Assembly: GCA_038206875.1 (NCBI GenBank)
Contig: JBBRAK010000007.1
Span: 1-60,073 of the forward strand
Direction of reading: 5' to 3'
Length of the DNA stretch: 60,073 nt
DNA from: Candidatus Saccharimonadales bacterium
GTDB taxonomy: Bacteria > Patescibacteriota > Saccharimonadia > Saccharimonadales > JBBQAJ01
Shown here: piece after piece, positions 58,623 to 60,073 of the stretch
Position numbering within the stretch: the stretch's first letter is position 1
Layout of the letters: every line of letters starts with the position of its first letter
The notes under the pieces: model-generated
What the model was told of the DNA's origin: nothing
Databases searched by the model: none
What the model saw: only the letters and a program-made list of their open reading frames with translations
Position numbers and translations under genes: made by a program

Positions 58623-58892
58623 AATTGTTGTGTATTATACAAAAATTTACCTCTCATTAACAGTAGGAACAGACATCTAATTTGCTGATACGCAACAAGA
58701 TGGTGTTCGTACCCAGCTTTCGTTCTAAAACCTCGCCTATGACCTCTGGAGAGCCGCCAGGGGTACTTTCCCTGGGGTATGTGGTTCATCCTTTTACTTT
58801 TAGAAACACTAAGCAGTGGTACGGAAATTTTTTTCCCAGATTTTCGATCCCTCAACGCCATTTACTGCTATCAGTGCTTTAAAAAGAACTTT

Positions 58893-59078
58893 TCATTTTT
58901 TACTGTTGATCACGGGCAAGATGGTCGTTATCAATTCATCCGCATCGTTTTGAAGCATAGTTCTTTTCGGCTGAACTTTTTGTTTCGACGCAACACGCTT
59001 AAATACTTTTTTTATAACTCCAATTATTGAACTAGCAATAAGACCCCCAATAAAACCGTAAAATATAATACCTAACAT
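58893..59078 (-). CDS. Small membrane protein
   Basis: N-terminal TM; follows 59082..59318 by 3 nt. Confidence 0.55.
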   Translation of the reverse strand: MLGIIFYGFIGGLIASSIIGVIKKVFKRVASKQKVQPKRTMLQNDADELITTILPVINSKK

Positions 59079-59081
59079 GCT

Positions 59082-59318
59082 CTACCCTTCTTTTGGGTAC
59101 TTTTTGCCTAAACGAACATACTTATAGAACCAGATTCCAAAAGCAATCGTTATTAAAGTATTTATAGCAAGCATTACATGGCCATTAACGTCAGCACCAC
59201 CACTACTCTTGTGCCCAAAAATCATACCTGCAATAGCATCAAGTAAGATTGCTGCCGGGATGAAGAATATAAATGATAAAACTACTGTTAAAATTATTTT
59301 TCTAATTTTTCCTGCCAT
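59082..59318 (-). CDS. Small 2-TM membrane protein
   Basis: AGGAGG SD and two hydrophobic helices. Confidence 0.7.
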   Translation of the reverse strand: MAGKIRKIILTVVLSFIFFIPAAILLDAIAGMIFGHKSSGGADVNGHVMLAINTLITIAFGIWFYKYVRLGKKYPKEG

Positions 59319-59451
59319 ACTACCTCCTTAATTAACTGTCTGCTGTGGACTATCGCCAATATTGTAATTATCACATATCAAAAGAGATATAGAAAGTTTT
59401 TGTAGGCTATAGTCTACTGATATATAACACCTACACTGCCATTCTTGTGGC

Positions 59452-59667
59452 ATGGGTAGAACAAGCTCTAAACAAAAACTTGGTAAGAAGTTGCATGATT
59501 TAAGAAAAAATCAGGGTCTTTCACAGGAGCAGCTTAGCTTTATAGCTAAGGTAGATCGAAGCTACATTTCAGAAATTGAGAATGGATTACGCAACCCTTC
59601 ACTGCAAACGCTTGAGAAATTGGCAAAAGCATTGAAAATTAAACTATCTGAACTAACTAATTCTTAG
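59452..59667 (+). CDS. Xre family HTH regulator (C-protein-like)
   Basis: GLSQEQLSFIAKVDRSYISEIENGLRNPSL. Confidence 0.92.
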   Translation: MGRTSSKQKLGKKLHDLRKNQGLSQEQLSFIAKVDRSYISEIENGLRNPSLQTLEKLAKALKIKLSELTNS

Positions 59668-59718
59668 AATTTACTGACAGTAATTTTCTTAAAATCGTCT
59701 ACAAAGCTACTAGTTAAG

Positions 59719-59952
59719 CTAGGGTGTTGTACGAAAATTAAAAGATACTTTGTCCCGACACTCGATTGCATAGTTCATCCGAGCTGAAAAGACGACATTG
59801 GTCCTCATGTGTCTGTAGTAAGTGTCCTTCGATACTCCAGCCCATGCACAAGCATCAGCCACACCATAATTGTTTTTTAGAGCATCAGCTATCATTTCCA
59901 TCCTACCGATGGTCATTTTCACGGGTCTTCCCACGCCTTTTCTGTAGGTCAT
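59719..59952 (-). CDS. HTH protein resembling a phage terminase small subunit N-terminus
   Basis: GRPVKMT...ADACAWAGVSKDTYYRH...F. Confidence 0.55.
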   Translation of the reverse strand: MTYRKGVGRPVKMTIGRMEMIADALKNNYGVADACAWAGVSKDTYYRHMRTNVVFSARMNYAIECRDKVSFNFRTTP

Positions 59953-60073
59953 AGATCTCTTTTTGTTTTTAATATCTCTTACTTATTATGACAGGTGTCT
60001 TAATTTGTGATTCATGCCCTAAATTCTAGAACCAAACGCAACTTGCGTTAAGTCTAGCTGTTTATCTTGGTTT

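Noticed and set aside
788..59954. Numerous 60-180 aa ORF-track entries antisense to or nested in called genes (e.g. 6040..6444, 24479..24928, 56262..56813)
   Set aside because: Shadow frames of well-supported genes with no independent motifs or translation signals.
60040..60058. TTGCGTTAAGTCTAG resembling the MITE right end
   Set aside because: Short, mismatched, and no partner end found within the window.
1..60073. Alternative genetic code (TGA=Gly, or TAG reassignment)
   Set aside because: Conserved genes are full length under code 11 and end at TGA (pyrH) or TAG (pilin); only one internal TAG was seen.

Overview
This is a low-GC, gene-dense bacterial window read with genetic code 11. The gene content suggests a Patescibacteria/CPR organism, probably Saccharimonadia-like (inference from type IV pilin-like proteins, sortase, PEGA and DUF4367-like proteins and many apparently leaderless genes). 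About 1-49 kb is chromosomal. It holds gltX (partial), xth, pyrH, a pilin, the pgl-gnd-zwf operon, tRNA-Leu(CAA), tRNA-Ser(GGA) next to a restriction-modification trio, a MacB-type ABC transporter and a purine/methyl-cycle cluster (two archaeal-type purP paralogues, purA, ahcY, PfkB kinase). It also holds a two-component system, a multi-domain peptidoglycan hydrolase, a B12 radical SAM gene with an in-frame TAG, lnt, dipZ/thioredoxin, lysA and a cupredoxin-MarR operon. About 49.8-58.4 kb is an integrative element with a rolling-circle-type Rep, a SpoVG-like gene and a large serine recombinase. Its proposed att core (TGGCTC) lies inside the recombinase 3' end, so excision would swap the C-terminal tail. 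The element carries a ThsB-like TIR plus 4-TM gene pair (candidate new defence system) and has no GATC sites by manual scan. Small selfish DNA includes two stand-alone GIY-YIG genes with palindromes (one palindrome sits in a tRNA 5' remnant), a TA-flanked MITE and heptamer tandem repeats. All calls come from reading motifs by eye; no database searches were run.
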